A stretch of 64,000 nt of DNA from an uncultured bacterium (GTDB lineage Bacteria; Verrucomicrobiota; Kiritimatiellia; RFP12; UBA1067). Positions 1 to 9,500 of the stretch are shown here, in pieces. The notes under the pieces are model-generated. The model did not search any database, was not told where the DNA came from, and was given only the letters and a program-made list of their open reading frames with translations. Within the stretch, counting starts at the first letter, position 1. Each line of letters begins with the position of its first letter. The stretch covers positions 15,165 through 79,164 of the forward strand of contig CACYNF010000001.1 of the NCBI GenBank assembly GCA_902775595.1. Direction: 5' to 3'. Made by a program: the position numbers and the translations under genes.

Positions 1-584
1 TCCTTGAGGGGGGCTATGATGCCGTCCATCGAGAAGACGCCGTCGGTGACGATGAGCTTGAAGCGCGCACCGGCCTCTGCCGCCGCCTGCAGCTGCTTTT
101 CGAGGTCGGCCATGTCGCCGTTCGCGTATCGGAAGCGCTTCGCCTTGCAGAGACGGACGCCGTCGATGATCGAGGCGTGGTTGAGAGCGTCGGAGATGAT
201 CGCGTCGTCGGGCCCGAGAAGCGCCTCGAAGACGCCTCCGTTCGCGTCGAAGCAGGAACCGAAGAGAATGCAGTCGTCGGTCTTGGTGAAGTCCGCGACG
301 ACGCGCTCGAGCTGCTTGTGGAGCGAGTCCGTTCCGCAGATGAAGCGGACGGAGCCCATGCCGTAGCCGTACTTCGCGGTCGCCTCGCGCGACGCCTCGA
401 TTATCTCGGGGTGGTTCGCGAGCCCGAGATAGTTGTTCGCGCACATGTTGAGAAGCTTCGTGCCGTTCTCGAGGACGACGTTGGAGCCTTGGGGGGTCGC
501 GATGATCTTCTCGTTCTTGTAGAGGCTCTTCGCCTTGAGGTCAGCTATCGTCTCCTGGAGATGCGCCTGGAACTTTCCGTACAT
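1..584 (-). CDS. kbl: 2-amino-3-ketobutyrate CoA ligase / glycine C-acetyltransferase (5' part; 3' end runs off the window)
   Basis: Not in the ORF track because it is open-ended. My own minus-strand translation from ATG 584 gives MYGKFQAHLQETIADLKAKSLYKNEKIIATPQGSNVVLENGTKLLNMCANNYLGLANHPEIIEASREATAKYGYGMGSVRFICGT..., the pattern of a PLP-dependent AONS/Kbl-family enzyme. It starts 15 nt after the tdh stop. Confidence 0.85.
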   Translation of the reverse strand, partial: MYGKFQAHLQETIADLKAKSLYKNEKIIATPQGSNVVLENGTKLLNMCANNYLGLANHPEIIEASREATAKYGYGMGSVRFICGTDSLHKQLERVVADFTKTDDCILFGSCFDANGGVFEALLGPDDAIISDALNHASIIDGVRLCKAKRFRYANGDMADLEKQLQAAAEAGARFKLIVTDGVFSMDGIIAPLK

Positions 585-599
585 TTTCGCCTTCCTTTC

Positions 600-1625
600 T
601 TATTCCCAGTCGAGGATCACCTTGCCGGACTTGCCCGACATCATCGCCTCGAAGCCCTTTTCGTAGTCGGTGTACTTGAAGCGGTGGGTGATGACGGGCG
701 AGATGTCGAGACCACCCTGGATCATCGCCCCCATCTTGTACCACGTCTCGAACATTTCCCGCCCGTAGATGCCCTTGATCTTGAGGCCCTTCCAGACGAT
801 GTGGTTCCAGTTGACCTTCGTGTCGGGCCCGTGGATGCCGAGGAGCGCGATCCTGCCGCCGGTGTTCATCGACTCGATCATCTGGTGGAGGCACGGACCC
901 GCGCCCGACATCTCGAGACCGACGTCGAAGCCCTCGACCATGCCGAGCTCCTTCATCACGTCCTCGAGCTTCTCGTTCCTCGCGTTCACCGTGCGCGTCG
1001 CGCCGAGGCGCCTCGCGAGGTTGAGGCGGTAGTCGTTCACGTCGACTACGACGACGTTCCGCGCGCCGACGTACTTCGATATCCCCGCCGCCATGATGCC
1101 AATCGGGCCCGCGCCAGTAATCAGGACGTCTTCGCCGACCATGTTGAACGAAAGCGCCGTGTGCGTCGCGTTTCCGAACGGGTCGAAGATGGAGTAGAGC
1201 TCGTCGTCGATCGACGGATCGCAGTGCCACACGTTCGACTCGGGGATGCAGAGATACTCGGCGAAGGCACCGTCGCGGTTCACGCCGACGCCCTTCGTCT
1301 CGCGGCAGAGGTGGCGCTGCCCGGCGCGGCAGTTGCGGCAGTGGCCGCACACGATGTGCCCTTCGCCGCTCACGCGCTCGCCGACCTTCACGCTCTTGAC
1401 GTTCGAGCCGACCTCCACGACCTCGCCGACATATTCGTGGCCGATGGTAAGCGGCGGCTTGATCTCCTCCTGCGCCCAGGAGTTCCACTCGTAGATGTGG
1501 ACGTCGGTTCCGCAGATCGCAGTCTTCTTGATCTTGATGAGAACGTCGTTTATGCCCATCTCGGGCATCGGCTTCTCAACCAGTTCCACGCCCTTCTTCG
1601 GCGCGACCTTCGCTATGGCTTTCAT
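600..1625 (-). CDS. tdh: L-threonine 3-dehydrogenase
   Basis: ORF 600..1937 trimmed to ATG 1625 ([12 protein letters not shown]). Zn-ADH motifs are present: [27 protein letters not shown] and ITGAGPIG. At 341 aa it has typical Tdh length, and it is paired with kbl. Confidence 0.93.
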   Translation of the reverse strand: MKAIAKVAPKKGVELVEKPMPEMGINDVLIKIKKTAICGTDVHIYEWNSWAQEEIKPPLTIGHEYVGEVVEVGSNVKSVKVGERVSGEGHIVCGHCRNCRAGQRHLCRETKGVGVNRDGAFAEYLCIPESNVWHCDPSIDDELYSIFDPFGNATHTALSFNMVGEDVLITGAGPIGIMAAGISKYVGARNVVVVDVNDYRLNLARRLGATRTVNARNEKLEDVMKELGMVEGFDVGLEMSGAGPCLHQMIESMNTGGRIALLGIHGPDTKVNWNHIVWKGLKIKGIYGREMFETWYKMGAMIQGGLDISPVITHRFKYTDYEKGFEAMMSGKSGKVILDWE

Positions 1626-1675
1626 CTTTCGGCGTCTCCAGTTTGGTGTTTTGCAGATCATGCGGCGCGGCGGCG

Positions 1676-2695
1676 TCACAGGCCGCCCATTATGAGCGAG
1701 CCGAACGTCGAGATCGGCGTCGTGTCGCGGTAGTTGTCGAGGACCTGCCGGACGTCCTTTATGATGCCCTGCACCTCGTCGTACATCGCCTGGTCCGTCG
1801 CGAGCTTTCCGAGAGTTCCCTCGCCGTTCTTGAGCTTCTCGGAGACCTCGTTCAGGTTTGCGAGGAGCTTGTTCGCGCCGGTCATTATCTCGGCGACGTC
1901 CTTGTCCATATTCTCTGGAAGCTTTATCTGCTCGCACGCCTTCTTGAACGACGCGACGGAGTCCTTGAGGTCGGCGTAGAGGTCTGCGTCGGGCGAAAGG
2001 AGCTTTCCGACAGTGCCCTCACCCGCCTTGATCCTCTCGGATATCTCAGCGGCGTTCGCGAGCATGCGCCTCGCGTCGGCGACGGCGTTGGTCGTCTCGG
2101 CGTAAATCGGGTCGTCCGGGGCGAGCAGCCGGCCGAGCATTCCCTCCCCCTGCTCGAGGCGCCTCGCGATCTCCTTTGCGGAGGAACTCACTGCCTCGAC
2201 GTTCGTTATGATCGTGTTGACGCTCTCGCTGCTCGTGAGCGACTTAAGGTTCTTCGCGATGTCGGCCATGTCGCGCATCCAGTCGCTCGGCGTCTCGCCT
2301 ACGAGCGTCTGCGCCGCGATGTCAACGATCTCGCCCTCGCCCTCTTCGAGCATAAGGAACTGCCCGCCGAGCATGGAGAGGCTGCACACCGAGATCCTGT
2401 AGCCCTCGCGCAGGACGACCGACTTGTCGACCTCGATCTTGACGACAAGGTTCGATGGCGTCACAAGGATGTCCTCCACGCCGCCGACCTTTGTGCCGCG
2501 GTACATGACGTTGTCGTGCTCCTTGAGGCCGCCGACGCCGTTGAATGCGATGTTCGCAATGACCTTCTGGCGACCCTTCAGGACGTCCACGCCCGAGATT
2601 ATGATCGTGAAGTACACGAGGAGCGCGAGAACCGCGACCATGAACAGCCCCACGATCGCCTCTGAAAAAACGTCGTTGTTCCTTCTTCTTCTCAT
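1676..2695 (-). CDS. MlaD-like MCE-domain protein (lipid-asymmetry ABC transporter substrate-binding component)
   Basis: ORF 1676..2776 trimmed to ATG 2695, which forms an ATGA overlap with the upstream ATPase stop. It has an N-terminal TM helix ([20 protein letters not shown]), an MCE core, and C-terminal repeated GEG(T/M)LGKL helices. Confidence 0.85.
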   Translation of the reverse strand: MRRRRNNDVFSEAIVGLFMVAVLALLVYFTIIISGVDVLKGRQKVIANIAFNGVGGLKEHDNVMYRGTKVGGVEDILVTPSNLVVKIEVDKSVVLREGYRISVCSLSMLGGQFLMLEEGEGEIVDIAAQTLVGETPSDWMRDMADIAKNLKSLTSSESVNTIITNVEAVSSSAKEIARRLEQGEGMLGRLLAPDDPIYAETTNAVADARRMLANAAEISERIKAGEGTVGKLLSPDADLYADLKDSVASFKKACEQIKLPENMDKDVAEIMTGANKLLANLNEVSEKLKNGEGTLGKLATDQAMYDEVQGIIKDVRQVLDNYRDTTPISTFGSLIMGGL

Positions 2696-3438
2696 ATCGT
2701 TTCGCCTTTCATCGCCGCGAGGAACTCCCTCACGTCTGGGTTTGTGGACTGCGTGAACTCGGCCGGCGTCGAGCACTCGACCACCCTGCCGCCTTTAAGC
2801 AGAAGTATCCGGTCGGCTATGTCAAGCGCGCCCTGCATGTCGTGCGTGACGACAATCGAGGTGATGCCAAGTTCCTTGTTCAGCTTCTTTATCAGCCGAT
2901 TGATCGTAATAGACGTCACGGGGTCGAGCCCCGACGTCGGCTCGTCGTAGAGGACGATGTCGGACTCGCGCACGACGGCGCGGGCAAGACCGGCGCGCTT
3001 CTGCATTCCACCGGAGATTTCGGCAGGATACTTGTCGGCTGCCGCCGTGAGCTCGACCGCCCTGAGCGCATGCCTGACGCGCACCGCGATCTCGAGGTCT
3101 GAAAGCTTAGTGCACTCCTCAAGCGGCAGCGCGACATTCTCGGCGACGGTCATCCACGCGAGAAGCGCACCGCCCTGGAAGAGATAGCCGATGCGGTCGC
3201 GGATCTTCACGAGCTCGTCGTCGCCGCACGAGGATATGTCCACGCCGTCGACTATAACGCTGCCGGAAGTCGGGGTGAGGAGCCGGACGAGGTGCTTCAG
3301 CGTGACGGACTTGCCCGTCCCCGAAGGGCCGACGACGCAGAGAACCTCGCCCTTCTCGACGGAAAAGGTAACGCCGTTCAGGACGGGAACCCCGTTGAAC
3401 TTCTTGACGACGTCTCTGAACTCGATCAGACTGCTCAC
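2692..3438 (-). CDS. MlaF-like ABC transporter ATP-binding protein
   Basis: 248 aa with Walker A GPSGTGKS, signature ISGGMQKR and Walker B IVLYDEPTSGLD. The start reads GTG in the sequence. Confidence 0.9.
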   Translation of the reverse strand: MSSLIEFRDVVKKFNGVPVLNGVTFSVEKGEVLCVVGPSGTGKSVTLKHLVRLLTPTSGSVIVDGVDISSCGDDELVKIRDRIGYLFQGGALLAWMTVAENVALPLEECTKLSDLEIAVRVRHALRAVELTAAADKYPAEISGGMQKRAGLARAVVRESDIVLYDEPTSGLDPVTSITINRLIKKLNKELGITSIVVTHDMQGALDIADRILLLKGGRVVECSTPAEFTQSTNPDVREFLAAMKGETI

Positions 3439-3453
3439 TTCACGACTTTCAAC

Positions 3454-4272
3454 TTATCTGTAGAACACCCTCGTTATCATATAGCCGAACATGAGGATGA
3501 GGAGGAAGTTGACGATGACGCTCCGCTGCGTGGCGCGGCCGACGCCCGTCGCGCCGAGGTTCGTGCCGAAGCCCTCCGCGATCGACACGGTGCCGATGAG
3601 GACGCCGAACACGCCGGCCTTGAGGAGCCCGACGAAAAGATCCTTGGTCTCGGCGATGGAGAGCGCGCTCGAGATGTACTGCTGGAAGAAGACGTTCAGC
3701 TGCGTCGAGCCGACGATGCCGCCGCCGAGCGTGCCGATCACGCTGCAGTAGAACGCGAGGATCGGCGACATGACGAGCAGGGCGAGAAGACGCGGGGCGG
3801 CGAGATACCGAATCGGCGAAATGGACATTATCTCAAGCGCCGCGATCTCGTCGTTGACCTTCATCGTGCCGATCTCAGCCGCAATCGCGGAGCCGACGCA
3901 CGCGGCAAGGCTTATGCCGCACGCGAACGGCCCCATTTCCCTGAGAAGCGTCAGCATCACGGCCGCGCCGAGGTATATCTCCTGGTTGAAGCGCCTGAGC
4001 TCAAGCCCGACCTGGAGCGCGAGAATCATGCCGATGAAGAGCGAGACGACCGTTATGACGGGAAGCGTCCTTATTCCGACGACATAGAGCTGCGCGGCGA
4101 AGTCGACGCGTCCCGAACGCCTAAGCAGAACCGACGGGAACGCGGCGAACGACGACACGAGTATCCTCGCCGTCCAGCCGAGCGTGGAGAGGAACTGGAG
4201 CAGATGCCGCGAAAGCGCCTGCGTGCGAGAACGCGGCGCATCGTCCCACATCGGCTCTCTTACTATCGTCAT
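3454..4272 (-). CDS. MlaE-like ABC transporter permease
   Basis: 272 aa polytopic membrane protein with an MlaE/Ttg2B-type core (EIGTMKVNDEIAALEIMSISP). Its ATG overlaps the upstream stop (ATGA). Confidence 0.88.
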   Translation of the reverse strand: MTIVREPMWDDAPRSRTQALSRHLLQFLSTLGWTARILVSSFAAFPSVLLRRSGRVDFAAQLYVVGIRTLPVITVVSLFIGMILALQVGLELRRFNQEIYLGAAVMLTLLREMGPFACGISLAACVGSAIAAEIGTMKVNDEIAALEIMSISPIRYLAAPRLLALLVMSPILAFYCSVIGTLGGGIVGSTQLNVFFQQYISSALSIAETKDLFVGLLKAGVFGVLIGTVSIAEGFGTNLGATGVGRATQRSVIVNFLLILMFGYMITRVFYR

Positions 4273-5039
4273 TCGGTCTTGGCCGGCGCCTCGGGCGCGG
4301 CAGGAGCCTCGGGCGCGGCAGGAGCCGCCGGCTCGGCGGGCGTCTCGGCCTTGGGCGCCTCGGCCGCCGGCTTCTTTTCGGAATCCTTCGCGCCCTCGGC
4401 CTCAAGCTGCTTCTGGGCCGCGTCGGCGGCCTCGAAGAGCGAGCGTTCGGCGCGCTTCTCGTAGCGCTTCACGATTGCGAGCGTGGACTCGACGCGCGCC
4501 TTGGAAAGCTCGTCGTCGCCAACCGACCCCTTGAGGGCCTCGAGGGCCTCGATCGCCTTGTCGCGGTTTCCGGCCTGCGCGACGCAGCGCGCGGAGCCGA
4601 GCTTCGCCGTGAGCGCGAGGAACGACTTCTCGTTCGCCTCGGCGAACGCGTCGAAGGCCTTCTGCGCCTCGTCAAACCTGCCGAGGCCCTCAAGACACTG
4701 CGCCTTGCCGACCGCAACGACGTCGGCGAACCCGTCGGGGGCCTTGCCGTCGAGCGATTCGTAGATCTCGAGCGCGGAGTCGTAGTTGGCGGAATCGAAA
4801 TAGCTCTTGGCGAGGCGGAGCCTGAGCACGCCCTCGGCCTTCGAGCCCTTGAACTTCGCGGCCGCGTCCTCGAGCTCCTCGGTCGTGTAGGCGCTGGAGA
4901 CGGACTCCGCCGCCGCCGCGCGCCTGTCGCGGACGTACTTCCTCACGCCGTGGTACCCTGCCACCACGATGCCGGCCGCGAGGAGCCACGGGAGGATTGA
5001 CTTGACTTCCTGGATGAACTGCTCTAGTTCTTCGTTCAT
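4269..5039 (-). CDS. membrane-anchored TPR-like protein with a Pro/Ala/Glu-rich tail
   Basis: ORF 4269..5429 trimmed to MNEELEQFIQEVKSILPWLLAAGIVVAGY, giving an ATGA overlap with the pcnB stop. It has one TM helix, TPR-like helical repeats and the tail AEPAAPAAPEAPAAPEAPAKTE. Confidence 0.6.
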   Translation of the reverse strand: MNEELEQFIQEVKSILPWLLAAGIVVAGYHGVRKYVRDRRAAAAESVSSAYTTEELEDAAAKFKGSKAEGVLRLRLAKSYFDSANYDSALEIYESLDGKAPDGFADVVAVGKAQCLEGLGRFDEAQKAFDAFAEANEKSFLALTAKLGSARCVAQAGNRDKAIEALEALKGSVGDDELSKARVESTLAIVKRYEKRAERSLFEAADAAQKQLEAEGAKDSEKKPAAEAPKAETPAEPAAPAAPEAPAAPEAPAKTE

Positions 5040-6235
5040 TTGTTGTTGCCTTTCTCTTCGTATAGGTCCGCCCATTCGTTTAGGGCGCTTTCGTCCCTGT
5101 TTTCGGCGCGCAGGACTATGCGATTGTAGTCGAGCGCGTCGAGGAAGTCCCTGTTGTGCACGAACCGCGCCTTGCCCTTCTGGGGCTTCGCGGTGAGCCG
5201 CCTGCGGCTTTCCATCAGGAGAACCGCCGTGAAATATGTCGCCTTCGGTATCTTCAGGGCAGACATCATCGTCTGCATGATGCGCCGCCCCGCGCCGTCC
5301 TTCCCGTCCTCCTCGAGCATCGTCGTCATGAGGACCGCGGCGCGGAGCCCGTTGGAGACCTCGAACCCCTTCTCCGCCATCATCAGCTCGTACTTGTCCA
5401 GGGAGGCGAGGTACTTCCACGCGAGGCATTTCTTACCGCCGGCGCGGTCGATGTGCGCGGAGAGGTCCGGCAGGAGGTCGGCGAGAAGCCCCGTCTCCCA
5501 CATGAGGCGGAACGCGTCCGCGCTCTTTCCGTAGGGGAAGAGGCGGAACACCTCCTCGCAAACCCGCGGCGTCGCGGCCGTCAGGATGCAGGAGTGGTAT
5601 TTCTTCATCGCGGCAAGCGTCTTGCGCTCGATCGTGAAGCCGAGGCGCGACGCGAACTTGACGGCGCGCATCATGCGCACCGGGTCCTCCTGGAAGCGTA
5701 TCTCCGGGTCGCCTATCGCGCGGATGATCTTCTTCTCGATGTCCTTCATGCCGCCGACCCAGTCGACGACGCTGAAGTCCTTGATGTTGTAGAAAAGCCC
5801 GTTCACCGTGAAGTCGCGGCGGTAGGCGTCGGTCTCGGGCGTGCCGAAGGTGTTGTCCTCGACAGGGCCCTCTGCGGCGTGCTCGATGATCTCGCCGACG
5901 GTCTGGGAGTTCTGGCGGAATGTCGCCGTCTCTATCACCTTGTCGCCGAACCTGACGTGCGCAAGGCGGAAGCGCCGCCCGATGAGGAAGCAGTTGCGAA
6001 ACGCCCGCTTGACTTCGTTCGGCTTCGCGGAGGTCCCGACGTCGAAGTCCTTGGGCTTGCGGCCCATCAGCAGATCGCGAACCCCGCCGCCGACGAGATA
6101 TGCCGTATAGCCCAGGCTGGAGAGGCGGTAGAGCACCTTCAAGGCGTCAGGATCGATGTTTTTCCGCGAAACACAGTGGTCCGCCCGCTTGTAGACGGTC
6201 GGCTTCCTTGTTTTCTTCTTCAAAAAATCGAACAT
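5036..6235 (-). CDS. pcnB: poly(A) polymerase I (PcnB / CCA-adding enzyme family nucleotidyltransferase)
   Basis: 399 aa with GGGVRDLLMGRKPKDFDV and RRDFTVNGLFY nucleotidyltransferase motifs. The basic N-terminus and overall length are typical of PcnB. Confidence 0.8.
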   Translation of the reverse strand: MFDFLKKKTRKPTVYKRADHCVSRKNIDPDALKVLYRLSSLGYTAYLVGGGVRDLLMGRKPKDFDVGTSAKPNEVKRAFRNCFLIGRRFRLAHVRFGDKVIETATFRQNSQTVGEIIEHAAEGPVEDNTFGTPETDAYRRDFTVNGLFYNIKDFSVVDWVGGMKDIEKKIIRAIGDPEIRFQEDPVRMMRAVKFASRLGFTIERKTLAAMKKYHSCILTAATPRVCEEVFRLFPYGKSADAFRLMWETGLLADLLPDLSAHIDRAGGKKCLAWKYLASLDKYELMMAEKGFEVSNGLRAAVLMTTMLEEDGKDGAGRRIMQTMMSALKIPKATYFTAVLLMESRRRLTAKPQKGKARFVHNRDFLDALDYNRIVLRAENRDESALNEWADLYEEKGNNK

Positions 6236-6243
6236 TAGGGTAT

Positions 6244-6252
6244 ATTATACCA
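6244..6252 (-). promoter_or_regulatory. extended -10 box TGGTATAAT, 9 nt from the pcnB ATG (candidate leaderless mRNA)
   Basis: The plus strand reads attatacca. The last T of TATAAT is at 6244 and the A of the ATG at 6235. Confidence 0.6.
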
Positions 6253-6365
6253 TAATCGGGGCGAGTATGGGGGCGCGAAAAACGGCGCAATGGAATCGCG
6301 CCTGAGATTATGGTGCGGACGAAGTTGCGGAACAGGAGAATAGTTGGAGTTGGAGAGATGGAGCC

Positions 6366-6394
6366 GTGTAGAACATGTAGAACGTGTAGAAAAC
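6366..6394. repeat. three tandem 9-mers RTGTAGAAC
   Basis: gtgtagaac atgtagaac gtgtagaaaac, read directly. It lies between the CotH-like gene stop and the pcnB promoter. Confidence 0.6.
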
Positions 6395-6425
6395 ACAGAG
6401 CTGCGGCGAATTTGCCGCGGCTCTG
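6386..6425 (-). terminator. rho-independent terminator downstream of the CotH-like gene
   Basis: A 12-bp stem, CAGAGCTGCGGC/GCCGCGGCTCTG (6396-6425), is followed on the minus strand by TGTTTTCT. Confidence 0.6.
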
Positions 6426-6504
6426 AGCGAGATGCTGGCGCTGTGCATCAGTAGATGCAGAACATCATGCCGTTGGCCACGCCCTACTTTCGCATTATCG
6501 GCTA

Positions 6505-9500
6505 TTATTCGACGCCGGGTCCGTTCGTAAATCCGAAGAAGAATGCCGCCGGCAGATTCTTCAATTCATCTGGAATCGTCACCGTGGCCGTTCCGCTTTC
6601 CACGTTGATGTCGGAGACCGTCACCTCGATTTCGCTGAACTCCTTCACCAAGAGATCTGTCTTGTATAGCAGCGTCAGCGTAGCCGTGGTTCCGCTCTCG
6701 GGCGGGATCATGCTGGCCGAAATCGCCAGGGTTCCGACCGCTGGATCGGGCGTGCCGAAGGTCAGAGGCTTGCTCGCGTCGTAGTCGGCATCTTCTTCGG
6801 CAAGGATCACGAACCCTTCTGCGGACTTCGCGCCGATATGGCCGGTCTCTGGGACGAGAACCGTCCACTGCGAGGGTTCCGTCACCTCGTCTCCGAATCC
6901 GAGGGCAAGGAAGGAACCGCCCTGCTGGTTGGCGGCCTCGAAGCCCTCCCACTTCGTCTCGACGTGGCAATGCTGCCCCAGCGTGCCGTTCGCGTCGTAG
7001 ATATAGACGTCCGGCTTGCCGTTCTTGATCTTGGCCTCCGGCCACCAGTCGGCTCGGTCGAAGCGGATCGTGCCGCCGGGCGCGAGCGTGCCCTCGCCGA
7101 CCGTGAACTCGAAGTCTGTGCCGGAGACGCGGACGCCCGCCAGGTCGAGCGTGACTTCGGCGGAGCAGTTGGTCAGGACGATGTATTCGCCCGTGTCGCC
7201 GTCGCCCGCCGGCTTGGGCATGAGCTCGAGGACGCGGAGGTTGCGCGAGACGTCGGTCGGCTCGACGAGCTTGAAGACTTCCACTCCGGCGGCGTCCTTG
7301 AAGAAGAGCGAACTGACGCTTCCGTCGAACGCCGCGTTGCCGACGAGCATTTCGTCGGTGAGATTCGCGAGGTTCGCCTCGACGTATGCCTTGCGGTCGG
7401 CGGCGACGATCAGGACGCCGTGCGCGTCGATGACGGTGCCGGGCGCCATCGTGTAGCTCACGGAGCCGGAGAGGACCCAGCCGCTCACGTCGACGGCGAC
7501 GTCGTTGTCGTTGGTGATGACGAGCGCCGTCTGATTCGCCGCGTCGAAGAGCGTGGATCCGCCCTCGTTTACGTAGGTGTTCACGACCGCGAAGCCAGCG
7601 CGGAGGGTCTCGGTCGGCGCCTGCGATTCGGGGATGCCAGCGTTCTTGTCCCAGGCGTAGCCGATCGTCTTGGCCGTGTTGGTCTCGCTGTGCGTCACGA
7701 ACAGGTGCGTGCGGCGCGGCTCGATGTAGTTGTCCCAGAGGTCGTCGAGGCCGTTCGGGGTGATTTCGTTGCCGTCGGCGTCCCAGTTGAAGCGTGGCGT
7801 GTTCTTCCAGACCCAGATTTCCGAATTGGCGTAGGTCTTACCCGAGGCGGACGACTGCTCCCAGTGCATCTGGTCGAGCCGGGCATCCTCCCATTCGGCG
7901 TCGGTCACCATCTGGACCCACTGCCAGAACGGCGTGTCCTCCTTGGCGGTGCCGGGCGCTTTAAGGACTTCGTCCATGAGCGTCCTGAGGCGCCGCAGAT
8001 ACATGCGTCGGAAACGGGCGTCCTGGTAGATCGCGTCGATCGCGCGGTTGCCGCGGCAGGTGGACGAACCGATGGCGCCGCCGATCACATCGCCGCCCTC
8101 GCTCTTGTGGGCCATGATGCGGTAGCCGCCGTAGAGCGGGTGCGCCTTGAACCAGTCCTCGTCGGCGAGCGGGCCGATCTGCCCGATCCCGTCGTCCTTG
8201 TAGAACTGGCCCCACGAGCTGTTGAGGTCGTAGGCGAGCGGCATCCAGGTGCCGGTGCCGTTCACGTCGTAGTAGGCGGAGATGTTGGCCCACGTGTCGT
8301 CGGTCTCGGTCGTGATGCGCGCGACGGCGAGGTAGTGGAGCCACGCGGGCAGGTCGAAGTGCTTCACGACCTTGCGCGAGAGCGCCGCGTTGTCAAGCGC
8401 GGAGTCGTCGTCGGTCTCGTTGACGGACGAGCCAGCCAGGTCGTTGCAGAGCGCCTTGAGGACGGTCTGCGAGGTGCTGTCGGTCTCGTGGCCGTCGTCC
8501 GGCGTCTTCTTTTCGGGCGTCCCGGTCGTGGCGTAGTTCGCGAACGTGCCGACGTTCTTGTAGGCGTAGCCCTCGGGGTCGAGGCCGTAGTAGTCCTCGA
8601 TGAGCTCGTCCGTGAAGCGGTTCGAGTGGAACGCCATCTCGTAGAACGCGCCGTTGAGCTGCAGGCGCACCGGGTAGTCGAACGGCACGAGGCAGCCGGC
8701 GTCGCGGAACACCTGGAAGGAGAGCGCCTGGCGGATGTGCGCCGGGTCGGGGTATTCGGCGATGAAGGAGGTCTTGCGGATTTCTTCGACCGTCTGTCCC
8801 GTCACCGGGTCGGTGCAGGTGAGCGGCTGGCTCTTGTTGAACCTGAGGCCGTGCGACTTCTTCTTCCAACCACCCGACGTGTTGCCCCGGAGGTCGATGC
8901 GGACGTTGTCGTAGTAGAAGCCAGTCGAGCCGTCGTAGATGCCGACGCGCGCGTTGTATGGGACGAGCGTCTTGTTCTGCTTGTCGGCGTCGATGTCCAT
9001 CTGCGCGACGCTGTTCGCGTCGGCGAAGAGGTGGAAGGTCTGCAGGTTCGCGGAGACCTGGTCCGCCGTCGGGGCGACGATCGTGCCGTAGTATTGGTAG
9101 GAGCCGTCGGGATCGCAGAAGGACGGGCTGCGCCACGTGCGGCCCTGCGCGTCCTCGATGACGGCGGCCCACCGCAGCAGATGGCCGGCGGCGGGCACGG
9201 CCGCGGCGGAAATCGTGTCGGCGTAGGTCTGGCCGGCGCCCTTCTTGTCGTAGGCCCCGGCCGCCATCGCAACGGCGTTCGTGACCTCGTCGCCGAAGTC
9301 GGCGCGGTAGATGAGCTTGACCGAGACGATCTGGTCGCCCTCCATGGCGGAAACCGGGTTCACGGCGAACGAGACGGCGTAGTCCTGCCCGTTCGTCGCC
9401 TGGGCGAAGGCGTTCCAGTCCACGAGCTTGTGCTTGACGCCGTAGAGCGGGCCGATGTTCGGGCCGTAGGGGATGGCGCCGGAAAGGTCACCGTTGTCGG

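Noticed and set aside
4282-4325. Tandem ~18-bp direct repeat (cgggcgcggcaggagcct x2)
   Set aside because: It lies inside the TPR-protein CDS and encodes the PAAPEA low-complexity tail. It is not a CRISPR array or a regulatory repeat.
4975-5040. Apparent 1-nt disagreement between my by-eye base numbering and the ORF-track frames (near 4980-5040 and again near 44760-44773)
   Set aside because: The ORF-track frames are internally consistent, with correct lengths and ATGA overlaps. The discrepancy most likely comes from my manual reading. CDS coordinates therefore follow the track, and motif coordinates carry a +/-1-2 nt caveat.
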